Of a stretch of 64,000 nucleotides of DNA, positions 9,626 to 18,468 are shown piece by piece. Where the stretch lies: positions 74,415 to 138,414 of the forward strand of contig CAYPQZ010000006.1 of NCBI GenBank assembly GCA_964413015.1, read 5' to 3'. The position numbers and the translations under genes are program-made. The first letter of the stretch is position 1. Each line of letters begins with the position of its first letter. The notes beneath the pieces were generated by a model. The model saw nothing but the letters and a program-made list of their open reading frames with translations. It was not told the DNA's origin and made no database searches. This DNA is from an uncultured Candidatus Saccharibacteria bacterium (GTDB lineage Bacteria; Patescibacteriota; Minisyncoccia; Portnoybacterales; UBA2143).

Positions 9626-10771
9626 ATGCGAATCTTATTCACTGGCGGCGGCACGGGAGGACATATTTTTCCCATAATCGCCGTAGCCAGACAATTGAAA
9701 AAAAATTATCAAGAATCAGTTGAGCCGATTGGACCGGGCAGAGAAACTATCTTAGAAATGTTTTTCTTGGGCTCTAACGGGTTCGCTAAAAATCTTTTGG
9801 AAAAAGAAGGAATTGAAGTCAGGATTATTTTATCCGGAAAATTTAGGCGCTATTTTTCGATTTACAATTTCCTAGACATGTTCAAGATTCCCATAGGCAT
9901 TTTGCAGTGTCTTTGGAGTCTCTATTTCCTAATGCCCGATGTTATTTTCAGCAAGGGTGGATATGGCAGCGTCCCGGTAGTACTAGTTGCCTGGCTTTAC
10001 CGAATTCCCGTTTTAACTCACGAGTCGGACGTTTTGCCAGGATTGGCCAATCGCTTAGCGGCTAGGTTGTCAAAAACAATTGCAGTTTCTTTTGCGGCGG
10101 CTAAAAAACATTTTCCTAATAATAAGACCGTTTTAATAGGTAATCCGATCCGTTCAGAAGTTGTCCAAATTTGCCTTTCTTTGGGCAAAGAAAGTAAAGA
10201 AAAAACCAGAAACATCTTTAAGATAATCAGCCAGAAACCAGTTATTTTGATTCTCGGCGGGAGTCAAGGAGCTGAGAAAATAAATGATTTAGTTATCAGC
10301 AGTTTGTTTAAGCTCCTGGAAAAATATGAGGTTATTCATCAGTGCGGAGAGAAAAATTATGATAGCATCATTAAAAAAATGGATCAATTGCCGGTCAGCT
10401 ATCACGTTTATCCTTTTTTAAGCGAAAAGCAAATATCCTTGGCTTATTACTTGTCAGATTTGATTGTTTCTCGGGCCGGAGCAGGCAGTATTTCCGAAAT
10501 TGCCGCCTGCGGCAAGCCAAGCATTCTAATTCCTTTGCCAAAATCGGCTTCCGGGCATCAAAGGGAGAACGCCTTTAACTATGCTAAGACAGGAGCAACG
10601 GTTATCCTGGAACATCTTAATTTAACCCCTCATCTTTTCATTAATGAAATTAATAAAATTCTGGATAATCCAGAATTGTCTCAGAAAATGTCTAATAACG
10701 CTAAAGAATTTTCCCGTCCGGAAGCGGCCCAGGAAATCGCACGGAAAATAGTGGAGATGGGGAGAATATGA
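9626..10771 (+). CDS. murG: Undecaprenyl-PP-MurNAc-pentapeptide GlcNAc transferase
   Basis: GGGTGGHIFP, KGGYGS, GGSQGA, SRAGAGS, HQRENA. Confidence 0.97.
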   Translation: MRILFTGGGTGGHIFPIIAVARQLKKNYQESVEPIGPGRETILEMFFLGSNGFAKNLLEKEGIEVRIILSGKFRRYFSIYNFLDMFKIPIGILQCLWSLYFLMPDVIFSKGGYGSVPVVLVAWLYRIPVLTHESDVLPGLANRLAARLSKTIAVSFAAAKKHFPNNKTVLIGNPIRSEVVQICLSLGKESKEKTRNIFKIISQKPVILILGGSQGAEKINDLVISSLFKLLEKYEVIHQCGEKNYDSIIKKMDQLPVSYHVYPFLSEKQISLAYYLSDLIVSRAGAGSISEIAACGKPSILIPLPKSASGHQRENAFNYAKTGATVILEHLNLTPHLFINEINKILDNPELSQKMSNNAKEFSRPEAAQEIARKIVEMGRI

Positions 10772-12147
10772 ATAATAATAAACCAATCAGAGTTAGAATT
10801 GCGCCCAGTCCGACTGGCTTATTTCATATTGGCACGGCCCGGACTACGCTCTTCAATTATTTATTTGCTAAAAAGAACAATGGCAAATTTATTTTACGCA
10901 TTGAAGACACTGACAAAGAAAGATCAGAGGGAAAATACAAAAAAGACATTCTTGATAATCTAAAATGGCTGGGTCTGGAATGGGATGAAGAATACTGCCA
11001 GAGTGAGCGAATAGCTATTTATGAAAAATATCTTAAAAAACTTTTAGATTCCGGACAAGCATTTTATTGTTACCATACTAAAGAAGAACTGGATAAGGAA
11101 AAAAATAAGCAGATGGCTAATAAGGAAGCCCCGCGTCATATTTGCGATGGCCGGGGAGCTTCTTCAAAAGGGATTATTAGATTTAGATGCCCGGATAAGA
11201 AAATTACTTTTAATGATTTAATCAAAGGAGAATTAACGTTTGACGGAAATTTGCTAGGGGATATAAGCATTGCCAAAGATGAAAAAACGCCGCTTTATAA
11301 TTTTGCCGCTTCGGTGGATGACGCTGAAATGAAAATGAGCCATATCATTAGGGGCGAAGACCATATTTCCAATACGCCTAAACAGATTTTTATTCTTGAG
11401 GCGTTGGGATTAGATTGTCCTGAGTATGCTCATCTCCCTTTAACTCTGGGTCCCGATAAGACGAAATTAAGCAAGCGGCATGGAGTTGTTTCGGTAACCC
11501 GATATAGAAAAGAAGGATATTTGCCGGAGGCGCTGGTTAATTTTATAGCTTTTCTTGGTTGGCATCCGGGCAATGAAAAAGAGATTTTTTCTTTGAAAGA
11601 ATTAGAGCGGGAGTTCTCTATAGAAAGAATAAACAAGTCCAATGCAATCTTTAACATCAATAAGCTTGACTGGTATAATGGCCAATATATTCGGAAAATG
11701 GATTTGGATAAATTGACCGAATTATGCTTGCCTTATCTGTCCCAAGAAACTAATTTTGATTATGCTAAAAAAGTTGTTGCTTTAGAACAAGAAAGGTTAA
11801 AAAAGCTTTCTGAAATAGGGGAGTTAACTAAGTTTTTCTTTTTGGACAAGCTGGACTATCCAAAAGAGCTGCTAATTTGGAAGAAAATGACTTTAAAAGA
11901 GGTTAAAAACAACCTTGACATATTAGGTAAAGCATTGTCTAAAATAGATAAATTTGACCAAAATTCGTTTCAAGGTATTCTGATGCCTCTGGCTGAAAAA
12001 CATGGCTCTGGAGAGCTTCTGTGGCCTCTGAGAGTGGCTTTAACAGGCCAAAAGGCCTCTCCTGGTCCCTTTGAAATAATGGAAGTTTTGGGTAAAAAAA
12101 AGGTTCTTAAAAGAATAGAAGAAGCCATGGAATTAATTGAAATTTAA
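10768..12147 (+). CDS. gltX: Glutamate--tRNA ligase
   Basis: RIAPSPTG..HIGT, LRIEDTD, IRGEDH, KLSKR. Confidence 0.97.
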   Translation: MNNNKPIRVRIAPSPTGLFHIGTARTTLFNYLFAKKNNGKFILRIEDTDKERSEGKYKKDILDNLKWLGLEWDEEYCQSERIAIYEKYLKKLLDSGQAFYCYHTKEELDKEKNKQMANKEAPRHICDGRGASSKGIIRFRCPDKKITFNDLIKGELTFDGNLLGDISIAKDEKTPLYNFAASVDDAEMKMSHIIRGEDHISNTPKQIFILEALGLDCPEYAHLPLTLGPDKTKLSKRHGVVSVTRYRKEGYLPEALVNFIAFLGWHPGNEKEIFSLKELEREFSIERINKSNAIFNINKLDWYNGQYIRKMDLDKLTELCLPYLSQETNFDYAKKVVALEQERLKKLSEIGELTKFFFLDKLDYPKELLIWKKMTLKEVKNNLDILGKALSKIDKFDQNSFQGILMPLAEKHGSGELLWPLRVALTGQKASPGPFEIMEVLGKKKVLKRIEEAMELIEI

Positions 12148-12277
12148 GGATTTGATAAGAGGAAACAGATAAGGACTGTTTTTAAGGAAATTTAAGGGTT
12201 GTCATTGAGGATCACGTCCCTTTACAGAAGGCAAACTTGACAAGGACTGTCTTTATCATTGGCAATCCTTAACTTTT
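12140..12277. repeat. Family A element (rearranged), overlapping the gltX stop
   Basis: AAATTTAAGGA...GATAAGGACTGTT...AAATTTAAGGGTTGTCATTGAGGATCACG...AAGGACTGTCTTTATC...GCAATCCTTAA. Confidence 0.85.
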
Positions 12278-12278
12278 T

Positions 12279-13559
12279 ATGAAATTCAGAATATATAAAT
12301 TTTTTTTAGTTATTTTTTTACTTTTCCCCTTAATAACTCAAGGCGGCTTGATTGATGATATTAATAAACAAATTGAAGAGCAAGAAGTCAAAAGAGCTGA
12401 ACTGGAAAGACAAGCTGCTGAATACCAGCAGGTGATTGAACAAAAAAAAGGAGAAATAAAGAGCTTGAGCAACCAAATCGCTATTTTTAACGCTCGGATA
12501 AATAAACTGCAGGTGGAAATAAATATTACTAAAGATGATATTGACCAAACAGAAATGGAAATCATATCTTTAGAATATGGCATAGTTCAGGCAGATAAGG
12601 ATATTCTTGAACAGAAAGATAATTTAGGAACGGTTATCCAGGCAATTGCCGAATTTGACCAGACCAGCCAGATGGAAATGATTTTATTCAGCGATGATTT
12701 TTCTGATTTTTTTAATCAATTGACCTATTTAGACAACCTTCAGAATGGAGTCAAGGAAAAGGTTGAAAGCTTGAGAGCGTTAAAACAATTGTTAAGCAAG
12801 GATAAAGAAAGCAAGGAAGAGAAGAAAGAACATTTACAAGGGCTAAAAGAGCAATTGGACAGCCAGAAATGGTCTTTAGCCAGTCAAAGAAGCTCCAAAG
12901 AAATTCTTTTGAACCAGACCCGAGGAGAGGAAGGCAAATATCAGCAGATGCTGGCTAATATTGAGGCGCAGAAGAAATCATTGTTGGGCGACATTAACCG
13001 GTTGCGCCAACAAAAAGCGGATGAATTGGCCCGTCTGGAGGAGCTTCAGGAGAAGCCGCCTTCAGGTTTCTGGGCCTCTTTGAGTTGGTACTATCGCCAG
13101 GACGATTCTCGGTGGACAGACACAACTATCGGTATCAGCGATTCCCAATTGGGGGATTACGGCTGCGCTATCAGCTCGGTGGCTATGATTTTTACTTATC
13201 ACGGAGAAACGATTACTCCAAAACAATTGGCTAAGGAGTCAATCTATTATTCCAGCCTGATTATTTGGCCAGACCGATGGGGAAGCCTGCGCAAAGTTTT
13301 AGGAACTTACCGAACGGCAGTTGACTGGTTCAGGATTGACCGGGAGCTGGGAGCCGGTTATCCGGTAATCGTCCGGGTTCAGGCGGACGGATACAGCGGA
13401 GCGCATTATGTAGTCGTCCATCATAAAACGGATGATGGCAGATATGTAGTCCATGACCCTTTATTCGGGGCAAATATATATTTATCTTCCAGCCGCGCCT
13501 TTATTGGCGAACTTTACGACACCAGTACCAGCATTAACCAAATGATTGTTTATCATTAA
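12279..13559 (+). CDS. Secreted coiled-coil protein with C-terminal C39-like cysteine peptidase domain
   Basis: Signal peptide, about 240-aa PcsB/CwlO-like coiled coil, then YYRQ.D..W, GCAISS (Cys), HYVV (His), HDP (Asp). Confidence 0.8.
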   Translation: MKFRIYKFFLVIFLLFPLITQGGLIDDINKQIEEQEVKRAELERQAAEYQQVIEQKKGEIKSLSNQIAIFNARINKLQVEINITKDDIDQTEMEIISLEYGIVQADKDILEQKDNLGTVIQAIAEFDQTSQMEMILFSDDFSDFFNQLTYLDNLQNGVKEKVESLRALKQLLSKDKESKEEKKEHLQGLKEQLDSQKWSLASQRSSKEILLNQTRGEEGKYQQMLANIEAQKKSLLGDINRLRQQKADELARLEELQEKPPSGFWASLSWYYRQDDSRWTDTTIGISDSQLGDYGCAISSVAMIFTYHGETITPKQLAKESIYYSSLIIWPDRWGSLRKVLGTYRTAVDWFRIDRELGAGYPVIVRVQADGYSGAHYVVVHHKTDDGRYVVHDPLFGANIYLSSSRAFIGELYDTSTSINQMIVYH

Positions 13560-13563
13560 ATCT

Positions 13564-14250
13564 ATGAAAGCGAATCCGGGGAAAAAATTAGTCCTTCAGA
13601 TAAACGGAGAAAAATACGCCCGCTATCCGATTAAGACTGAATTAATTACTCCGAATGACAGAAATTTCCCAAAAGTAATCAAAAAATACCTTGAGGGCAA
13701 ACTTAGAGCGGGGGATATTGTCTTTGTTGGCGAGAAGATTATTGCAATTATGCAGGGGAGAGCTTATCCGGTTAGCGAGATAAAGCCGAGTCCGATGGCT
13801 GCGTGGTTAAGCCGAAAAGTTTACAGGAATCCGGCCGGAATCGGTTTGGCATCTCCGGAAACAATGCAGTTAGCGATTGAGGAAATAGGGCTTTGGCGGA
13901 TTCTTCTGGCAGGTCTGGCCGCTTTAATAACCAAGCCGTTTGGAATTAGGGGAATTTTCTATCTGATTGCCGGCGAAAAAGCGCGCGGTATAGACGGTCC
14001 GGTCTCTTACGCAATTCCTCCTTACAATACTTACGCCAGCAAGATTCCTAAGAAGCCCGGGCAAGCGGCTGAACAAATCAGCCAGAAGATTAATTCGCCG
14101 GTGGCGATTGTTGACGCCAATGATTTAGGCGTCCGGATTCTTGGCGCCAGCCAGGGAATTGACAAAAAACTTTTACTCAAGGCCTTAAAAGACAATCCTT
14201 TGGGGCAGACAGATGAATCAACTCCAATTGGCGTTTTAAGAAAATTATGA
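13564..14250 (+). CDS. CofE-like (F420-0:gamma-glutamyl ligase family) protein
   Basis: GDIVFVGEKIIAIMQGR, ARGIDG, AIVDANDLG, DNPLGQ..E.TP motifs of the CofE fold. Confidence 0.75.
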   Translation: MKANPGKKLVLQINGEKYARYPIKTELITPNDRNFPKVIKKYLEGKLRAGDIVFVGEKIIAIMQGRAYPVSEIKPSPMAAWLSRKVYRNPAGIGLASPETMQLAIEEIGLWRILLAGLAALITKPFGIRGIFYLIAGEKARGIDGPVSYAIPPYNTYASKIPKKPGQAAEQISQKINSPVAIVDANDLGVRILGASQGIDKKLLLKALKDNPLGQTDESTPIGVLRKL

Positions 14251-14666
14251 CTAAACCGAAAACTTTATTAATCCTGATTTTTATTTTAATAATTGTCGTT
14301 TATGCGTTTTTACAGAACAATGCCGATTTACTTTCTTTTAATAGAACTAGACAAATGATTAATCAGAAATTGATTAATCCGATGAAACAATTCTTAACAG
14401 ACAGAAACATTAAAGAAGAAAGTCAAGAATTTTTAGATAAAGCCGAAGAAACTGTTGAACAGAAACAGGAAGAATTAGTTGATAAAACGCAGGAAAAAGT
14501 TAAGCAAGAGATCAAAGATGGCGCTAAAAATTGGTTAGGCGGCAAATTAGAGCTTGTTAAAAAAGGCTTAACTCCCCTAAAAAACAAGCTTCAAGAGGGG
14601 AGATGCCAGTTAAGAGAACAGGTTAATAAATTAAAAAATTATTTAAGCGGCTGGTGGGAAGAATAA
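14247..14666 (+). CDS. Hypothetical membrane-anchored helical protein
   Basis: N-terminal TM segment, K/E/Q-rich remainder; ATGA overlap with the upstream gene. Confidence 0.7.
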   Translation: MTKPKTLLILIFILIIVVYAFLQNNADLLSFNRTRQMINQKLINPMKQFLTDRNIKEESQEFLDKAEETVEQKQEELVDKTQEKVKQEIKDGAKNWLGGKLELVKKGLTPLKNKLQEGRCQLREQVNKLKNYLSGWWEE

Positions 14667-14700
14667 AATAGACATACTTCTCTTTATAGGGGACAGGGAA

Positions 14701-14745
14701 TTATCCACAGGATAAGTTGACGGCTTTTAAGCCGTACCTTAAAAT
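14701..14745 (+). promoter_or_regulatory. Sigma70 promoter of the xer gene with an upstream DnaA-box consensus
   Basis: TTATCCACA 14701-14709; TTGACG 14717-14722, 17-bp spacer containing IR ACGGCTT-TT-AAGCCGT, TAAAAT 14740-14745. Confidence 0.7.
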
Positions 14746-14752
14746 AGATATA

Positions 14753-14780
14753 TAGTCGCATAATATACCTTAATACACAT
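14753..14780 (+). other. dif-like site-specific recombination site
   Basis: TAGTCGCATAA-TATACC-TTAATACACAT has the 11-6-11 layout of E. coli dif (GGTGCGCATAA-TGTATA-TTATGTTAAAT); immediately upstream of xer. Confidence 0.6.
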
Positions 14781-14797
14781 TTAATACATTAAAAAAT

Positions 14798-15739
14798 ATG
14801 GAAAAGAACCAAAAACCACTTCCTCAGCATTTAACTGATTTTCTGGACTGGTTGGACATTGAAAAAGGTTTATCTAATAAATCCCAGGAAAACTATTCCC
14901 GCTTCCTTAAGAAATTCATTGACTGGTTGGCAAAAAATAATCTAAGCGATTTAAAGCCTCACGAACTCTCCCCTGCCCATATTTGGGAATACCGAGTGTA
15001 TCTATCACGGCATTCCGAAAAACCTTTGAAAAAGACAACCCAGAACTATTACTTGATTGCTTTGAGGTCTTTTTTGAATTATTTTGCCAATCGAGATATA
15101 ATTTCCTTGCCTTCGGAGAAAGTCAAACTGGCCAAAAGCAAAGATGAGAAAAAGGTTCATTTCTTAAACCTAGAGCAAATAGAAAAACTTTTAGCGGCGC
15201 CGGATGTAAAGAGAATAAATGGATTAAGGGATCGGGTTATTCTAGAAGTTTTGTTTTCAACCGGATTGAGAATTGCCGAACTGGTTTCCCTTAACCGGGA
15301 CCAAATCAGGATTACTCCTTTGACCAAAGATTTAGAAATTGGTATTATCGGCAAAGGCAATCATAACCGAACAGTCTATTTCTCCGAAAGGACAGTTTAT
15401 TGGTTGAAAAAATATCTTGACCAAAGGGAAGACAAGGATAAAGCTCTGTTCGTTAATTATCAGGGCAGGAAAAACGCTACTCGGCGGCTGACTGACCGTT
15501 CCATTGAAAGGAATATAAAAAAATATTCTTTGCTAGCCGGGTTATCAGGCAACACCACCCCGCATACTCTTAGACATTCTTTTGCCACCGATTTGCTTTC
15601 TCAAGGTGTTGACTTGCGTTTAATTCAGGAATTCTTAGGACATCGGAATATTGCCACTACTCAGATTTACACCCACGTGACTAACAAACGTTTGAAGGAT
15701 ATCCATCGTAAATTTCACGGAGGTAAGAAATTAGAATAA
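14798..15739 (+). CDS. XerC/XerD-family tyrosine recombinase
   Basis: Catalytic residues GLRIAE (R), GKG (K), HTLRHSFAT (HxxR), LGH and TQIY (Y); N-terminal core-binding domain. Confidence 0.95.
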   Translation: MEKNQKPLPQHLTDFLDWLDIEKGLSNKSQENYSRFLKKFIDWLAKNNLSDLKPHELSPAHIWEYRVYLSRHSEKPLKKTTQNYYLIALRSFLNYFANRDIISLPSEKVKLAKSKDEKKVHFLNLEQIEKLLAAPDVKRINGLRDRVILEVLFSTGLRIAELVSLNRDQIRITPLTKDLEIGIIGKGNHNRTVYFSERTVYWLKKYLDQREDKDKALFVNYQGRKNATRRLTDRSIERNIKKYSLLAGLSGNTTPHTLRHSFATDLLSQGVDLRLIQEFLGHRNIATTQIYTHVTNKRLKDIHRKFHGGKKLE

Positions 15740-15743
15740 AAAT

Positions 15744-16883
15744 ATGCGCGTCTCTTATTCCGGGCTGGAAACCTTTGTTAACTGTCCGGCTAAATATAAG
15801 TTTCAATATGTAGAACGGATAAAAGTTCCCAAGTTAAAGGAAGCGATTTTCGGCACTTTAATTCATGAGTGTTTAAAGATGTTCCACGAACCGAGCCAGA
15901 CAGATTATGTCTCTGAGGAGAAATTGCTCAAATATTTTACGGAAAGATGGAACAGCGAGATTTACCAAGATAAACAGGAAGAGGCCTTTGCCTTCCATCA
16001 GGGAATTAAAATTCTTAAGGATTACTACTTACAAAATCAAAGCTCTGAATTTAATATTATTAATTTAGAGACACCTTTTGAAGCTCCTGTTTTGGATGGG
16101 GCGGAACTTCACCAAATTACCGGACGCATAGACCGGATTGACAAATTAGAAGACGGAACCTTTGAAATAATTGACTACAAAACGAGCAAGAAAATGCCTT
16201 CTCAAGAAGACGTTAATCAGAATTTCCAGTTAGCAATTTATTATCTGGGAGTTATTAATCGCTGGCCTTCTTTAAAAAAACAGAATCGTCCGGTTAAACT
16301 GTCTTTGTATTATTTAAGGCATGGGGAAAAGCTTTCCGCTTTTCAGAATGCTGAAAAAGTTAAGGAAACCAGGCAGAAAATTTTATCTATAATCGACCAA
16401 ATTAAAAAAAGCTCTTTTGAGCCAAGAATGAATTCGTTATGCGACTGGTGCTCCTATCAGCCCTACTGCCCTCTTTTTAAGCATAAGCATTTAATCCATC
16501 AGCCAACAGCCAATGATGAACAAATTAAGGACGTAATTAAGGAATATTTTGAAATCAAGGATAAACAAATGACAAATAACCGGCGTTCGGCTGAATTAAA
16601 AGAAATTATTAACCGGTACTGCGATGAGAATGAAATAGACAGAATTTTCGGAGAGATTGGCTATCTGACTCGTCTGCCCCAGCAAAGATTTTCCTATAAC
16701 TTTAACCAAGTTAAAGAAATCTTAGAGCCGCTTGGCAAATGGAATCAGGTTTTAACCATTGATAAAGTAAAATTCAAAAAAGTCATTGATTCGTTGCCGT
16801 ATGATATTAAAAGGCAGATTGACCAGACCAAAACTCTGGAAAAAGAATTCAAGGTTATAACGGTTAAGAAAATTAAGAAATAG
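15744..16883 (+). CDS. PD-(D/E)XK nuclease, RecB/AddB-like with predicted Fe-S cysteines
   Basis: SYS...CP..Y, G..IH, GRIDRID, IIDYKT, QL..Y, CDWCSYQPYC; extra C-terminal domain. Confidence 0.88.
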   Translation: MRVSYSGLETFVNCPAKYKFQYVERIKVPKLKEAIFGTLIHECLKMFHEPSQTDYVSEEKLLKYFTERWNSEIYQDKQEEAFAFHQGIKILKDYYLQNQSSEFNIINLETPFEAPVLDGAELHQITGRIDRIDKLEDGTFEIIDYKTSKKMPSQEDVNQNFQLAIYYLGVINRWPSLKKQNRPVKLSLYYLRHGEKLSAFQNAEKVKETRQKILSIIDQIKKSSFEPRMNSLCDWCSYQPYCPLFKHKHLIHQPTANDEQIKDVIKEYFEIKDKQMTNNRRSAELKEIINRYCDENEIDRIFGEIGYLTRLPQQRFSYNFNQVKEILEPLGKWNQVLTIDKVKFKKVIDSLPYDIKRQIDQTKTLEKEFKVITVKKIKK

Positions 16884-16915
16884 ATTTGAGACGTCCAACG
16901 TCTCAAATCCCAATT

Positions 16916-17338
16916 TTAGTTGTTCGGTCTGTATTTTTCAAAATTGCCGCATGGGGCATAGCCGGCCGTCTGGGCTTCAGCTTCCGAATCAAACCAGATT
17001 TGGTTTTGAGGAGCAATTTTCTTAGCCCAAGGGCATTCGGGCCAATGGTATTTACTGCTGTTAACACTGCCAACAAGTTTCCCCTGCTCTTTCGTTGTGT
17101 CTTCAGTCGCATTTTCTCCAGAGTCAAATTTTGAGGCTTGAATAACTGAGGCCGAAGGATTTTGAATAACAATTGGCTTAATGTCTGCTTGAAGCGCGGT
17201 TAACCGGCCGGCGCCGAAACTGATTAAGGCGATTAAAATAATGCCGATGGTCAGAATAATATCCGACTCGTTATCCCCCGCCCATCGTTGAAGTTTTTTG
17301 GCATTTGGGTTGACGATCCTTTTTAAATCGGCTATCAT
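16916..17338 (-). CDS. Membrane-anchored protein with Ada-type metal-binding domain
   Basis: One TM segment then [14 protein letters not shown]...F.SEAEA..AGYAPC; start uncertain. Confidence 0.75.
   Translation of the reverse strand: MIADLKRIVNPNAKKLQRWAGDNESDIILTIGIILIALISFGAGRLTALQADIKPIVIQNPSASVIQASKFDSGENATEDTTKEQGKLVGSVNSSKYHWPECPWAKKIAPQNQIWFDSEAEAQTAGYAPCGNFEKYRPNN
17310..17338 (+). promoter_or_regulatory. rpmA promoter (predicts a leaderless transcript)
   Basis: TTGACG-17bp-TATCAT ending 6 nt before the ATG at 17345. Confidence 0.6.
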
Positions 17339-17344
17339 ATCTTT

Positions 17345-17617
17345 ATGAGTAAAACAAAATCGGCCGGATCAACTTCGCTCGGCCGTGATTCTCAACCAAA
17401 ATATCTTGGAGTCAAGTTATTTGGCGGTCAGCTGACCCAACCAGGCAGCATTATTGTTCGCCAACGAGGCACCAGGTTTTTGCCAGGCAAGAACGTCCGC
17501 CGGGGCAAAGACGACACCCTTTACGCTATAACTAAAGGAGTTGTTAAGTTTATTACCAAAAAAATTAAGCGCTTTGACGGTTCTCACAGAACCGCCAAAA
17601 TAGTTAATGTGGAATAA
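17345..17617 (+). CDS. rpmA: 50S ribosomal protein L27
   Basis: [29 protein letters not shown]. Confidence 0.98.
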   Translation: MSKTKSAGSTSLGRDSQPKYLGVKLFGGQLTQPGSIIVRQRGTRFLPGKNVRRGKDDTLYAITKGVVKFITKKIKRFDGSHRTAKIVNVE

Positions 17618-17642
17618 ATAATTAAAAAGAATCTGAAGTAAG

Positions 17643-17673
17643 AAAAAAAGACCCCAAACGGGTCTTTTTTTTT
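17643..17673. terminator. Bidirectional intrinsic terminator between convergent rpmA and rplI
   Basis: AAAAAAAGACCC-CAAAC-GGGTCTTTTTTTTT. Confidence 0.9.
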
Positions 17674-17678
17674 ATTCC

Positions 17679-18182
17679 CTACTCTTCTTTTATTTCTTTT
17701 CTAGCGGGTTCTGCTTCTTCGATGACAATAATCTTGATTTTGGCTTCTAAATTATGAGGAAATTCCACCGTGGTTTCGTACTCTCCCAACTCTTTAATCG
17801 GCGCGTCTATTTTAATCTGTTCTTTTTTTATCTCAAAATTTTCCGGCAGGCCTTCAATAAAAGATATATTTTCTTTTAATTTTCCGGCAATTTGACCGGC
17901 GCCAACCGTTCCGAAAAGACCACCTTCTTTATTTGTCTTAACTGGTATTTCTATCTCCAGGCCATCTATCTGGCTGGCTATTTTCTGGAAAAGCCCCAGT
18001 TCTTTTTCGGCTTTTCCGGCGTCAATTCTTTCCTGCTCTTTTATTTTACTGATTTCCGATTTAGTTGCCAAAACAGCTATCTGTTTGGGAATCAAAAAGT
18101 TGCGGCCGTACCCGTCAGCCACTTTTTTAACTTCTCCTTTTTTCCCTAAATTTTCCAAGTCTTTAAGTAAAACTACTTGCAT
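17679..18182 (-). CDS. rplI: 50S ribosomal protein L9
   Basis: MQVVLLKD..LGKKGEV..V.DGYGRNFLIP and LFGTV; start reset to 18182. Confidence 0.96.
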   Translation of the reverse strand: MQVVLLKDLENLGKKGEVKKVADGYGRNFLIPKQIAVLATKSEISKIKEQERIDAGKAEKELGLFQKIASQIDGLEIEIPVKTNKEGGLFGTVGAGQIAGKLKENISFIEGLPENFEIKKEQIKIDAPIKELGEYETTVEFPHNLEAKIKIIVIEEAEPARKEIKEE

Positions 18183-18192
18183 ATTGGTAATC

Positions 18193-18468
18193 TTAATATT
18201 TAATAATAAAATTTTCAAATCGGCCGGTTGCTTTTTGCCATTTAATATCTATTTTATCAACCTTAGCTAGGATAGGTCCATTATAACACCATTCAATGAA
18301 TTGATTCAAGTCCTCTTCTTTGCCTTCGGCAACTATCTTAACCGTTCCGTCGTCCTGATTGCTGACCCAGCCGGTTAAACCTATTTTTTTAGCTTGTCTT
18401 CTGGTTGAGTCTCGAAAAAGCACACCCTGAACCCGTCCGTAAGCTTTAAGAGTTAATCTTTTATCCAT
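18193..18468 (-). CDS. acyP: Acylphosphatase
   Basis: GRVQGV.FR, GWVSN..DGTV, GP. Confidence 0.95.
   Translation of the reverse strand: MDKRLTLKAYGRVQGVLFRDSTRRQAKKIGLTGWVSNQDDGTVKIVAEGKEEDLNQFIEWCYNGPILAKVDKIDIKWQKATGRFENFIIKY

Noticed and set aside
14701-14709. DnaA box as oriC
   Set aside because: Single box with no cluster or dnaA gene, and gene orientation converges rather than diverges here.
14798-16883. Integrase plus nuclease as a prophage or integrative element
   Set aside because: The recombinase is Xer-like in size and motifs, the flanks are housekeeping genes, and no phage or conjugation genes or att pair are visible.
16886-17172. Alternative ORFs 16886-17134 (+) and 16903-17172 (-)
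   Set aside because: They overlap the better supported Ada-domain ORF 16916-17338.
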